Assembly (NCBI GenBank): GCA_030149205.1
Contig: JASBSB010000001.1
Coordinates: forward strand, 120,001 to 152,000
DNA length: 32,000 nucleotides
Direction of reading: 5' to 3'
Origin: Candidatus Heimdallarchaeota archaeon
GTDB lineage: Archaea > Asgardarchaeota > Heimdallarchaeia > Heimdallarchaeales > Kariarchaeaceae
In this document: piece by piece, positions 1 through 9,708 of the stretch
Layout: each line of letters begins with the position of its first letter
Numbering within the stretch: position 1 is the first letter of the stretch
Made by a program: the position numbers and the translations under genes
The notes under the pieces: model-generated
Database searches by the model: none
What the model was told of the DNA's origin: nothing
Seen by the model: the letters and a program-made list of their open reading frames with translations, nothing else

Positions 1-787
1 TATGTGCACCAAAGAGAACTCCAAGTTGTCTCTTTGATCCCAACATCTCTAATTTCTTAATGTCCTCGTATGATGGGTAGACTGTAAGTTCTGTTAGTTC
101 AGCCAAAATAGCCTCAGTCGAAAAAAAGCCTTGCCTATCGTGTATAATAACTTTCGTTGGGCCAATTAAAAATTTACCTCGAATTGGTAATCGAACAATG
201 TAAGCAAACACTATCGATTGTTTACCTGCAAGTTGTGTAACAAGAAAATTCTCACCTAACACCAGATCAAAAACCTCTGGATACGCATCATAGATCTCCA
301 GTTGGGGAATCTGGTTAAACGATTTGTTCTTCACTAAGACCTCGATCAAAAGGTAATCCCCAGCAAAGGCTTTTTCTTTTGCTACACGTCTAACAATCTT
401 AATGCTTTTGTAATCCGCTCCAGTTGCAAACAAAGGAAAGCTTATGACAACAGAAAAGATTAGCATGGTACCCAATAAAATGAAAAAGTAAATACTTGAT
501 GAAGGAATAAAGAAAAGTTTATTGAAAATCAGCCTTAGAAAAAACTCGCCAATCGTGGATCCTAAGACCTGTCCCATCCCATCAATACCATTTGTCCCTA
601 AGATCCGGGAGTTGCTTGGGTACATATTTTTTAAACTTTGATCACTCACAGCCCCTTGTGCAAGTTGTACAAGAAATGTGTTAGAAAAAATGGAAATTGC
701 GATGTAACCTGCAATTGCAATTCCAATTGAAATGAAGATAAGTCCTAAAAATACAATTTGACCTCCTCGTTTCGTGAAAATCGTCAT
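1..787 (-). CDS. DUF58-family (COG1721-like) membrane protein, N-terminal part only; runs off the window start
   Basis: Not in the ORF track. Manual translation from ATG at 787 (MTIFTKRGGQIVFLGLIF...) is open to position 1. It shows hydrophobic N-terminal segments, an Ig-like stretch (GDYLLIEVLVKN...EIYDAYP...RGKFLIGP) and LTVYPSYEDIKKL, the usual lead-in to the DUF58 core. Confidence 0.7.
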   Translation of the reverse strand, partial: MTIFTKRGGQIVFLGLIFISIGIAIAGYIAISIFSNTFLVQLAQGAVSDQSLKNMYPSNSRILGTNGIDGMGQVLGSTIGEFFLRLIFNKLFFIPSSSIYFFILLGTMLIFSVVISFPLFATGADYKSIKIVRRVAKEKAFAGDYLLIEVLVKNKSFNQIPQLEIYDAYPEVFDLVLGENFLVTQLAGKQSIVFAYIVRLPIRGKFLIGPTKVIIHDRQGFFSTEAILAELTELTVYPSYEDIKKLEMLGSKRQLGVLFGAH

Positions 788-1183
788 AACTTATCAATGT
801 TCAAATAGCTCACACTTAAAACTAGCTAATTTAATTTGAATTAAATTTGAGTTTGAAGACAGTTATTATGCATGAAAAAGGTCAGTTTAGAGAATTGGGT
901 AATTTTTAATATTATCGGGATTATTCTGGGAATAACTATGTGATAATTCTCGAGGTAAACTAGATTTTCCATTCGGGTCTATAGAGATTGAATCTTAATG
1001 GAGGAAAAATTATTTTGTCTTGAAAGAAATTATGTTAAAGAAAGCATCTTTCAATACAAGCAGACTTAAAGCTGGCTGGGATGTAATTTAATATTTCAAT
1101 ATGTGACAGATCAAAGAAAAGATCGTGTGCGGGAAGTGATTTTATAGTGAAAACTGTGAAACGTTGTCTATGGCCAAAAATTT

Positions 1184-1942
1184 TCATAGAATAACATTCA
1201 TCTTTATCATTTTGTCAACTTTAACGTTACTATTGCTTGAAACATTTAAAAACCTCAATGAGATTGGTAAATCCTCTTTAGTGAGTTGAGTTAGTTCATT
1301 AAAAGAGAGGTCTAAACACCTGAGATTGTTTAAATTTCTAAAATCTACTGTTTTAATATTATTCCCTTTCAACTTTAAGTGAGACAAATTAGGGAAAATT
1401 TGTGTTAATGTGTCTAATTCTTCCAACTGATTCCACGATAGGTCCAACTTCCTCACTCTCGGAAAAATAACTTTACTAGGGTTGCTGAGTTCTCCTATAA
1501 AGTTTTCAGAGAGGTCAAGCTGTCTTAATTCAACAAATTTTTTTAGAAAATTGAATAAGATCGCTGTAGAATGGTTTCTCAGTCCTGAAACCTTGAGACT
1601 ATATATAGACTTTGAATTTAATGGCGGTTTCGAATCAATGTAATAATCAAAATTAATTTGCAATTTTTTTGTTTGTGAAAGATTTTTGGGAATTTCTAGA
1701 ACTGATGAGTTAAGAACTAATTCCCTAAGATTTGGCAACGATGCAAGTTCGTTGGGTAAATAAGTCAGATTTCTCTCGACAGAGATCTTAGAGATAGGTG
1801 TTGATAAATATTTTTTATACTTTTCATCTATTATTAGTTGTTTGGGAAGATGGAATACATCCCCTAATTTCCGACTTTTAACTTCTCCAGAGATCCTGAG
1901 CTCTGACAAAACTGTCTCAAGAATCTCCTTCTCTGTCTTCAT
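1184..1942 (-). CDS. Leucine-rich repeat protein (252 aa)
   Basis: Repeated LxxLxLxxN motifs: LRQLDLSENFI, VRKLDLSWNQL, LSHLKLKGNNI, LRCLDLSFNEL, LRFLNVSSN. Confidence 0.9.
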   Translation of the reverse strand: MKTEKEILETVLSELRISGEVKSRKLGDVFHLPKQLIIDEKYKKYLSTPISKISVERNLTYLPNELASLPNLRELVLNSSVLEIPKNLSQTKKLQINFDYYIDSKPPLNSKSIYSLKVSGLRNHSTAILFNFLKKFVELRQLDLSENFIGELSNPSKVIFPRVRKLDLSWNQLEELDTLTQIFPNLSHLKLKGNNIKTVDFRNLNNLRCLDLSFNELTQLTKEDLPISLRFLNVSSNSNVKVDKMIKMNVIL

Positions 1943-2004
1943 TTTATTAAATTGGGGGAATTATTATAATACTTTTATGGTCAATGAAGTAAATAAATAG
2001 AAAA

Positions 2005-2106
2005 TAGCTCCGAAGGGACTTTCATTCATGAGAATTTTGAACCCTTGTCGACTGATACCTCTTAAAATCCAGAGTCAATCATGCTTGGCCACTACACCAC
2101 GGAGCT
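2005..2106 (-). tRNA. tRNA-Gln(CTG) with two BHB introns (2057-2068 at 37/38; 2019-2035 at 59/60)
   Basis: Acceptor stem AGCTCCG/CGGAGCT plus discriminator A (A1-U72, typical of archaeal tRNA-Gln). D arm TGGTGTAGTGGCCAAGCA. Anticodon stem ATTGA/TCAGT with CTG at 2072-2070. T stem AAGGG/CCCTT. Removing the 12 nt and 17 nt introns gives a 73 nt cloverleaf with T-loop TTCAAAT. Confidence 0.93.
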
Positions 2107-2203
2107 AATTGGGACTTGTCCCGAACCTAGACCCTGTGATTTTTTAATAAAATGTTTCGATAGAACAAGCCCCTGTTCAAATAGAAACAACCCATTTTTG
2201 ACA

Positions 2204-3187
2204 TTACCATTCAACAAAAACTGGCAGACCAGTTTGAATTGATTTTTTGCAGGCTTCTACAAATTTTAATGTGATAACTCCGTTGTCTTCAGAGACAAGA
2301 GGGATTCCATTTTCATCTAGAATTGAATTAAGATTAAAATGTTCTTCGAGTAAAGGTTCACCGTACACTTTGATCGATGAGCCTGGACCATGTGGAACAA
2401 TTACAGAAGTACTGTTCCCTTCAACCTGTCCTAATCCCCTCACTTCAATTGTCTGTGAAACTAAATCAACAAATAAGGTGGCTTTTTCCATCTCAATAAC
2501 AATTTTCCTTTCCCTTCCTGCAAATTCTCTAGAGAGATTTAAAGTCCCAAAAATATTTTTTCCCGAGCTAAAGACTATCTCAACAGAATTTAATGAGCCT
2601 TCCCTCTCAATGCCTGCGCAATAAACCTTAACTGGCGATGAAATCAAACGTGAAATAATATCAAAATCATGAACTCCTAAATCCTCTAGTACTCCTGCAA
2701 GAGAACCCAGCCTTTTGGTTGCAACTGCTCCTTTCCTTTGAACGTGAAACGAACGAATCTCGCCATATGTTTTATCTTCAATGAGCTGGAGAAATCTTGT
2801 CACAACAGGGTTATACACCTCAATATGTCCAATAAGACATTTAACTCCTCTTTCCTTCACCTTGGATACAACTTCCTGAGCTTCTTGAACTGATAATGCC
2901 ATTGGTTTTTCCAAGAGGACTGCTTTTAAATTTGGAAATGTACTCAAAGACTCTTCCAAGACCGTATAATGATATTGTGTGGGTACTGCAATTACTACTG
3001 ATTCAATCTGTTCAGGGTAAGGAACTTCAGACAGGTTAGCAAAGACGTTTTCCGAAATCTCTTTTGCTTTTGTCGCGTTACCTTCAAAAGGTTCAACAAT
3101 TGCGGTTAGATTTCCTAATCGATTGAGGATTCGTCCATGAAATTTGCCCATGTTCCCATACCCAATTAGAACAATTTTATGGGGCAT
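2204..3187 (-). CDS. Gfo/Idh/MocA-family NAD(P)-dependent oxidoreductase
   Basis: Rossmann motif IGYGNMG, VVIAVPTQYH, LLEKPMA, and DLGVHDFD in the C-terminal domain. Confidence 0.9.
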   Translation of the reverse strand: MPHKIVLIGYGNMGKFHGRILNRLGNLTAIVEPFEGNATKAKEISENVFANLSEVPYPEQIESVVIAVPTQYHYTVLEESLSTFPNLKAVLLEKPMALSVQEAQEVVSKVKERGVKCLIGHIEVYNPVVTRFLQLIEDKTYGEIRSFHVQRKGAVATKRLGSLAGVLEDLGVHDFDIISRLISSPVKVYCAGIEREGSLNSVEIVFSSGKNIFGTLNLSREFAGRERKIVIEMEKATLFVDLVSQTIEVRGLGQVEGNSTSVIVPHGPGSSIKVYGEPLLEEHFNLNSILDENGIPLVSEDNGVITLKFVEACKKSIQTGLPVFVEW

Positions 3188-3312
3188 GATGTAACTTGTT
3201 TTGGTTCCTTTATTAATCCCATGAATATTAACAGGGAATTTCAGCCATTAATCTTTTTCAACTATGTAACTTAGAAATTTCTTAAATTCTGCTTGGCTAG
3301 AATCAGTTTATC

Positions 3313-5013
3313 ATGAAGGTAGAGAGACCTCTTCTCGGAATCTATCAGGATAGAAGATTTTATAGTCGCACTCTCTACCTCGGGTTGCTCTCAGTTTATT
3401 TCTCAATGATGTTGATTTTCAATTATTACATTATTAGATCTCTCGGGATTATTGTTACCTTAGAAGGAACCTCATTATTCGTCAACTTGGTCATGATCTT
3501 TGTCGAAGTTGCAACTGGGAATTATTTTCTCTTTTTACTTTGGATCTATGCCAAACAGTTTGATCCAGTTATAGGCTTTAAAAGGGGATATCATAACCGA
3601 CTGATAGTTAATACAACAGAGATTAATGAAAAAAAGGAACCTTCAATCACAATTATAATACCACTTTATAGAGAACCTTTCCCAATTGTGAAACGAACCA
3701 TTGATGCCACATTTGATGTAGTTTATCCAAAATCAAAATTAAAGGTGATGGTGATCGAAGACTCCCCCAAAGACCCTTCAATCGCAAATTACTGTAACAC
3801 CCAAAAAATAGAATACCATAAAAGAACAGAGAGAACTGGGTTTAAAGCAGGAGCAATTAATGTTGCATTAACTAAGACTTCTGATGAGTTTGTGTTTTTC
3901 CTTGATGCTGACCACATAATTGAACCTTATGCTTTAATTAATTCACTCAATGGTTTGACTGAGAAATCAATAGCAGTTCAACTTAGGATCGATTTTGTTA
4001 ATATGCACACCTTTCTTACAAAAATGGGGGCATTTCTTCAGTTGCAATTTTACTCTTTGTTTCAAAGGGGAAGAGCGAATACCGGTAGCGCTATTTTTGC
4101 AGGGGGTTCATGTTTGTTTGACCGTAAAAAGCTATTGAAAGAAGGAGGTATGAACCCATTGACTATAGCCGATGACACGGATACAAGTGTTATTCTAATT
4201 GGGAGGGGACATCGAATTGAATATATTGATGTAATAGGTAGTTGGGCACTTGTACCTTGGGATCCATTATCCTTAATACGACAACTCTGGCGTTGGATGA
4301 CTGGTGTAACTAGAAGTGCACGTGCAAGGACATTTCAGCTTATTAAATCAAATGCACCATTTTACGTAAAGCTTGACCTCTCCTTTGCCCTTTTGTTCCC
4401 AACCATTGGAGTAATTTCCTGGTTAAGTAGCATCCTACTTGGGTACATTGTGTATTTTCATGTTGATCTTCCAAGATACTCAGCTGTGTTAACAATCATT
4501 GGATTTCAACTTCCAATAACCTCTCTGATTTTAGCAGCTTTGGGAAGTATCCCCCTGGTATCTGGATTAGGTGCACTGTTAAGAGATGATAAAACTATTA
4601 TTTATGTGAGACGAGGAAACATTTCAAAATTTACCAACATAGTTGTTTATTACATGTTAGTAGCAGCAGGTCAACCCCTCCTAATTGGAGCTGTCCTTAA
4701 AGGATGGTTTGGATCTAAAGTGACGTTTAATAGGACACCTAAATCAAAAGGATCCTCTGCAGACCACCTAAAATATTTAAAGAATCAGTACCTTTTAATG
4801 TCAATCGTCATTTTTATGATTGGAATTTCTTTATTTTTAGTTGTTCTTCATGATAATTTTCAAAGTCCTCAGGTTATAGCTCTACTGTTCAACACTTACA
4901 TTTCAATAATCCCTCTTACCTTTGCTCTTCTTTGGTATGGAAAACTTGAAGACTATCTTGCGAAAACTAACGAAATTTCTTCTGATATGTTATTAAAACA
5001 TAAAGAATTCTAA
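3313..5013 (+). CDS. Processive GT2 glycosyltransferase, cellulose-synthase-like, multi-pass membrane protein
   Basis: IPLYRE, IEDS, GFKAGAIN, FLDADH, TIADDTD (TED-like) and QLWRW (QxxRW); hydrophobic helices at both termini. Confidence 0.88.
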   Translation: MKVERPLLGIYQDRRFYSRTLYLGLLSVYFSMMLIFNYYIIRSLGIIVTLEGTSLFVNLVMIFVEVATGNYFLFLLWIYAKQFDPVIGFKRGYHNRLIVNTTEINEKKEPSITIIIPLYREPFPIVKRTIDATFDVVYPKSKLKVMVIEDSPKDPSIANYCNTQKIEYHKRTERTGFKAGAINVALTKTSDEFVFFLDADHIIEPYALINSLNGLTEKSIAVQLRIDFVNMHTFLTKMGAFLQLQFYSLFQRGRANTGSAIFAGGSCLFDRKKLLKEGGMNPLTIADDTDTSVILIGRGHRIEYIDVIGSWALVPWDPLSLIRQLWRWMTGVTRSARARTFQLIKSNAPFYVKLDLSFALLFPTIGVISWLSSILLGYIVYFHVDLPRYSAVLTIIGFQLPITSLILAALGSIPLVSGLGALLRDDKTIIYVRRGNISKFTNIVVYYMLVAAGQPLLIGAVLKGWFGSKVTFNRTPKSKGSSADHLKYLKNQYLLMSIVIFMIGISLFLVVLHDNFQSPQVIALLFNTYISIIPLTFALLWYGKLEDYLAKTNEISSDMLLKHKEF

Positions 5014-5047
5014 TAGCTTTTATTTTGGAAAATTCAGCCAATAAATA

Positions 5048-6646
5048 ATGAAGGTTAGCTCAAATGTCAAGGAAGATTTTCCAGCCTACTTAAATGATGA
5101 AGCTAAACTATTGGAAGGAACAGCATCAAAGATTTATTTCCCTGAATCTGAAAGTGAGATAACTGAAATTTTGGTTGAAGCATATTCTAGCAGTACCCCT
5201 ATTACAGTCTCAGGTGGAGGAACAGGCATATCTGGTGGAAGGGTTCCACTCGGTGGGTGGATTATCGCAACAGATAAAATGACAAGTTTAATCCAGACTA
5301 GTCATAAGACTGTGTTTTGGACTGATCCAGAATTTCTAGAAAGGTATGAATTATCAGTGTTTGAAATGGGTGGAGAAACAATTCTTAGAGTACCCCCCGC
5401 TATTCGACTAAAATCAATCCAAAACTTCTGTGCTGAAAACGGTCTGTTTTACCCTCCTGACCCAACTGAACGTAATGCCTTTATCGGTGGGAATGTTGCA
5501 ACAAATGCATCTGGAGCAAGATCTTTTAAATTTGGACCAACAAGACATTGGGTTTTGGCTCTGAGCATCGTTCTGCCAGACGGAAGAATCACTCGGCTAG
5601 AACGGGCTGTTGTGAGGGGAAGTTATCCCAAAGGAGATCTGACCTTAAAACTTGACGAAAATTTACTCACTGATGAAACATCCAAAGAGCCTAGCTGTAA
5701 ACTTCCTGATATGAAAATCCCAGATGTTCGCAAAAATGTGGCGGGTATAGTATTAAGGGAACCTTATAATGAACCGTTAGATGTTTTCATTGGAACCAAT
5801 GGTATATTTGGTGTGGTGACTGATATAAGCTTGAGAGTAATCAAAAAACCTAAAAATATTATTGCCTTCTTTGCATTTTTTGATACATGGGAAGAGAGCC
5901 TAATGTTTGTCACACATTGTCAAAGCTTACGAGATGATAAATCTGAATTTATGCCAATGTCTGTGGAATTCCTAGATAAACATGCAGTAGAAATCATGAA
6001 CAAGGAAGATAGCTCGATTCCGGTAGATAAGGAAGCGTTGATATATTTAGAGTGTTTCATAGGTGAAACTCAGAATCAAAATGCTGTTCTTGAGTTCTGG
6101 GCTAATCTGTTTGACTCTAGGGGTATTGATGAAATCCTGGTTGGAGAGACAAATAAGGAAATAGAGAGATTTAAATTTTTAAGACACCTGATACCCTCGA
6201 CAATTAATGAAATTATGCATCACAACAAGCAACCCAAATTAGGAACTGATTATTCAGTCCCAAACAAATATTTCAAGGAACTAATGGCTTTAGGAGTAAA
6301 ATTCGGTGAAGAGTTCAAGGTATTCCAGACAACCAGAGGAGTTAAATCAACCTTATCCTATGCGATCTGGGCACATGCGGGAGATTCACATCTTCATTTA
6401 AATTTCCTTCCGAGCTCTGACGAAGAAACTACATTTTGTAAGAAGAAGATGGTTGAAATGATGAAATTTGTCACCTCAGTTGATGGATCAATTGCAGCAG
6501 AACATGGATTAGGTAAGAAAAAGTTCTCAGGAATCCCAGCAATTGAATTTCAGTTTGGTAAAAAGGGGCTAGAAGAACTCAAGCAGTTCAAGTCTTGCAT
6601 GGATAAAAAGAATATTCTAAATAGAGGCAATCTAACGGGTTTTTAA
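5048..6646 (+). CDS. FAD-binding oxidoreductase (D-lactate dehydrogenase / GlcD-like, FAD-oxidase C family)
   Basis: SGGGTGISGG, YPPDPTE, IGGNVATNASG, GTNGIFGVVT, AHAGDSHLH, SIAAEHGLG and ILNRG. Confidence 0.9.
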   Translation: MKVSSNVKEDFPAYLNDEAKLLEGTASKIYFPESESEITEILVEAYSSSTPITVSGGGTGISGGRVPLGGWIIATDKMTSLIQTSHKTVFWTDPEFLERYELSVFEMGGETILRVPPAIRLKSIQNFCAENGLFYPPDPTERNAFIGGNVATNASGARSFKFGPTRHWVLALSIVLPDGRITRLERAVVRGSYPKGDLTLKLDENLLTDETSKEPSCKLPDMKIPDVRKNVAGIVLREPYNEPLDVFIGTNGIFGVVTDISLRVIKKPKNIIAFFAFFDTWEESLMFVTHCQSLRDDKSEFMPMSVEFLDKHAVEIMNKEDSSIPVDKEALIYLECFIGETQNQNAVLEFWANLFDSRGIDEILVGETNKEIERFKFLRHLIPSTINEIMHHNKQPKLGTDYSVPNKYFKELMALGVKFGEEFKVFQTTRGVKSTLSYAIWAHAGDSHLHLNFLPSSDEETTFCKKKMVEMMKFVTSVDGSIAAEHGLGKKKFSGIPAIEFQFGKKGLEELKQFKSCMDKKNILNRGNLTGF

Positions 6647-6692
6647 CCCACAACTAAGTTTTACCTCGCACTAAAGATTAAAAAATGTTTAA

Positions 6693-8375
6693 GTGAAATA
6701 TTCAATAATGAACAAAACTTATACATTCAGTTTATCTATTACATTAATTCTGATAAGTAGTGTTCTGTTCCTTGGAAACCAATCAGTTGATGCATCTTCA
6801 AACTTTCCCAGTTACATCGAAAATTCAAATTACCCTGTAAAGCAGCGTGTTGTAACCATAGATGGTCAAGGAAAAAAAATAGATATATCTGACCTAAGTT
6901 TCAGTTCTGAACAAATTCAGGTCTTAAAAATTATCAATGCCCCAAACACTGTTATTAAAAACAGAGTTACCTCAAACATGAGGATCGAGGTTATTAACAG
7001 CCCTGGGACTCAAATAATAAACAATTCATTTTCAAACCTAAATTTTCAGGCTGAAAACAGTGTGATTAGGGTATATAACTCCAGTAATAGTAAGATTTCG
7101 GACAATAAGATTGTTAATTCTAAATTTTCATATAACCCTTCTCAAACAACATTAAATGTGATGTTAAAGGGGATTTCATTAGAGTTAAGTAGGAATAGTT
7201 CGATTACAAAAAATACTATCCAAAACTTGAACCTTACACAGCTATCATTATCTACCTCTCAAGCTTTTGTAAGAAATTTTGTGTATGGTATAGATTTACT
7301 GTATTCCGACCACGTCGAAGTTAATTCTAACAATATTTCAAAATTAAGTGTTCAAGGAGAGGTGAACCGTGCAGTTGGAATACACTCACATCAATCCAAT
7401 TTTACAGAGTTTTCAAATAATAGTATTCATAACTTTGGTGTTGAAAAATTGTTTTATTCTGCTTATACCAGTGGTATGTTTATAGAAAATCAACAAAACA
7501 CCACCATTCGAGATAACAAATTTTCAGATTTATTTGCATCTGGTGATTCTTTATCTACTGGAATAACACTTTTTAAAACAACAAATATCGTGATAAAAGA
7601 CAATTTGATTGACAAACTTCTAGCAAGTACCCTAATTGCTGGAGTATTATTAGTGGATAGTACATATGGTAAAATCAGTAATAATAGATTTTCTAACTTC
7701 CTTGAAACAAAAAGCAAGAGCAATAACGTCAATATTTCAATAAGTGCTGTCAATTTACAAAATTCGAATTTTTTCATTATTCAGCAAAACTTAGCTACAA
7801 ATATTCCCACTTTCTCAATATTAGATGGAAAAAGCGCAAACAATATCATTACAAATAATGTATTAGATACACAGGGCGTAAACAATCAGGTATATCCAAA
7901 AATAAATTCACAACCCCTTATTTCATATCCAGCGGGTGACACAACTTTTAGAGTTGTTACGTGGATAATTATAGATACTGACCCCGCAACGTACAAGATC
8001 TTTCATAATGGCACTTTAATTAAGGATGGATGGTGGAGCAGTGGGGTTCCGATTATCCTAAACGTAACAGATTTACCTCTTGGATTACACAACTTTACTT
8101 TAGTAGCTTCAGATTCATTGAACCACTTTTCAGTCTCTACCGCAATTGTCAGGGTCTACAAAAATTCTAATCCCAGGAACTTTTATCAACCCCCAGATTT
8201 ATTGAAACTGCTTCCAAAAAATGTCGCAGACAAAATTCGAAACTTTTTTTCGTTTAATACGCTAATTGCTTTAATCCAGACACTCCCAATAACCGTGGCT
8301 CTATTCTTTCTCTTTGAATATGCAAAGCGGTCATATAAGAAACGGAAAAGCGAAAAAGTTAACAATTCAAGTTAA
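6693..8375 (+). CDS. Secreted/surface right-handed parallel beta-helix (NosD/pectin-lyase-like) protein with C-terminal membrane anchor
   Basis: N-terminal hydrophobic signal. Asn-rich repeats (NSSITKNTI, HVEVNSNNI, NTTIRDNKF, NIVIKDNLI, YGKISNNRF). Ig-like module (YKIFHNGTLIKDG...LGLHNFTLVASDS) and a C-terminal TM followed by basic residues. Start may be GTG 6693 or ATG 6708. Confidence 0.78.
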   Translation: MKYSIMNKTYTFSLSITLILISSVLFLGNQSVDASSNFPSYIENSNYPVKQRVVTIDGQGKKIDISDLSFSSEQIQVLKIINAPNTVIKNRVTSNMRIEVINSPGTQIINNSFSNLNFQAENSVIRVYNSSNSKISDNKIVNSKFSYNPSQTTLNVMLKGISLELSRNSSITKNTIQNLNLTQLSLSTSQAFVRNFVYGIDLLYSDHVEVNSNNISKLSVQGEVNRAVGIHSHQSNFTEFSNNSIHNFGVEKLFYSAYTSGMFIENQQNTTIRDNKFSDLFASGDSLSTGITLFKTTNIVIKDNLIDKLLASTLIAGVLLVDSTYGKISNNRFSNFLETKSKSNNVNISISAVNLQNSNFFIIQQNLATNIPTFSILDGKSANNIITNNVLDTQGVNNQVYPKINSQPLISYPAGDTTFRVVTWIIIDTDPATYKIFHNGTLIKDGWWSSGVPIILNVTDLPLGLHNFTLVASDSLNHFSVSTAIVRVYKNSNPRNFYQPPDLLKLLPKNVADKIRNFFSFNTLIALIQTLPITVALFFLFEYAKRSYKKRKSEKVNNSS

Positions 8376-9606
8376 TTTTTTGTCCTCCAACAATTACCTC
8401 AGAGATTGCATGACCAATAGTAAAATGAATTTTTTGTTCAGAATTTAACTCTGTATCAAGATTTATAACTGCTAAATCACAATATTTTCCAACCTCAATA
8501 CTGCCTATCGGTAAATCTAATGACTTGGCCCCGTTTTCTGTGATCATTTTGAGTCGGATCCTCCAAAGGTCTTCTCCTGATTTTGCTGTTAAAACACCCA
8601 TTTTTAAAAATTTAAGCCTTTGAAGATATTCAGCCATAAGAGACTCTTCAGCAAGATTAATTTGTGTATTTGCATCCGTGCCCAAAGAAACCGGGACACC
8701 ATATTGATAATATTCATCAAGATTTACAATTCCATCACCCAGATACATATTTGTGATAGGATTACAAACCAAAGTCCCACCTTTTTTCCCAAACAGTTTA
8801 ATCTCTTCCTGAGTTAACCAGATTCCATGGATAATATGTAATCTCTCAGTGATTATCCCTAATCGATTTAAATATCCCAGTGGTGTGTCATTAAAAGATT
8901 CTCTTGCCTCTTCTATATCAGAATATTGCTCTGCCAAATGAATATGACAGGGAATATCAAGTTCATTTGCAAGGTCTGACAACCCTAAAATCATTTCTTC
9001 TGAAGCTCCATGAAGAGAATGAGGTGCAACACCTATTGAAATCTGAGGATCATTTAAATATTGAAAATGGAGTTCAGTTACTATTTTCTTTAATTCCTCA
9101 AAGCTCATCTGAAATTTTTTCTGGGCTGGTTTAGATCCCAGATCGTATCCTGATAAAAACAAACGTAAGCGGATACCAACCTCTTTTGCGACTTCAATAA
9201 TTCCATTGATAACTTCTTTAGGGCTCGTAGCCGGTGGAAGGTCCTTATATAGATAATGAAATTCTGCAACGGTAGTAATCCCAGATATTAACATTTCCTC
9301 ATAAGCCTTTTTGGTCAGTCTTTTCATGGATTCTAGTGTGAGATTTTCAACCAAGTCATAAAGATAGTTTTTCACCCAATCTTTGAAGTCTTGAGGTGTG
9401 GATGTATAATTCCGTAATCCATATTGAAAACTATGAGAGTGACCATTTACAAAACCTGGCAGAGCAATCCCTTTTGTGATTTGTTTGTGATCGCTGTTCC
9501 CCTTGGAAACTGCAGTAATAATCCCCTTATCATCAAATTCAATAGTTACATCCTTTTCTATTTTAGAACCAATATAGGCGTATTCGAACAATAATTTCTT
9601 AGGCAA
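8359..9606 (-). CDS. Metal-dependent amidohydrolase (formimidoylglutamate deiminase HutF / SAH-MTA deaminase-like)
   Basis: PGFVNGHSHSFQ (HxH), GITTVAEFHY, GVAPHSLH, HIHLAEQ, IHGIW and LGTD. Confidence 0.85.
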   Translation of the reverse strand: MPKKLLFEYAYIGSKIEKDVTIEFDDKGIITAVSKGNSDHKQITKGIALPGFVNGHSHSFQYGLRNYTSTPQDFKDWVKNYLYDLVENLTLESMKRLTKKAYEEMLISGITTVAEFHYLYKDLPPATSPKEVINGIIEVAKEVGIRLRLFLSGYDLGSKPAQKKFQMSFEELKKIVTELHFQYLNDPQISIGVAPHSLHGASEEMILGLSDLANELDIPCHIHLAEQYSDIEEARESFNDTPLGYLNRLGIITERLHIIHGIWLTQEEIKLFGKKGGTLVCNPITNMYLGDGIVNLDEYYQYGVPVSLGTDANTQINLAEESLMAEYLQRLKFLKMGVLTAKSGEDLWRIRLKMITENGAKSLDLPIGSIEVGKYCDLAVINLDTELNSEQKIHFTIGHAISEVIVGGQKINLNC

Positions 9607-9691
9607 GATAATTATTCATTTTTATATAATTTTTAAAATCTTAGAAATATGTCAATAGGTAATTTAGACAGAGAGTAACTTTATTTTAGAA

Positions 9692-9698
9692 TTAGGAG
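9692..9698 (+). promoter_or_regulatory. Shine-Dalgarno-like site (TAGGAGA) for the 642 aa LRR gene
   Basis: TAGGAGA about 10 nt upstream of the GTG at 9709. Confidence 0.45.
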
Positions 9699-9708
9699 AA
9701 AATATATT

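Noticed and set aside
2111-2122. GGGAC-TT-GTCCC inverted repeat just upstream of the tRNA
   Set aside because: A 5-bp stem with a 2-nt loop is too short to assign a function or to call a split-tRNA leader.
8359-8375. Convergent 3' overlaps (also 26020-26028 and 30834-30837)
   Set aside because: Ordinary for compact archaeal genomes.
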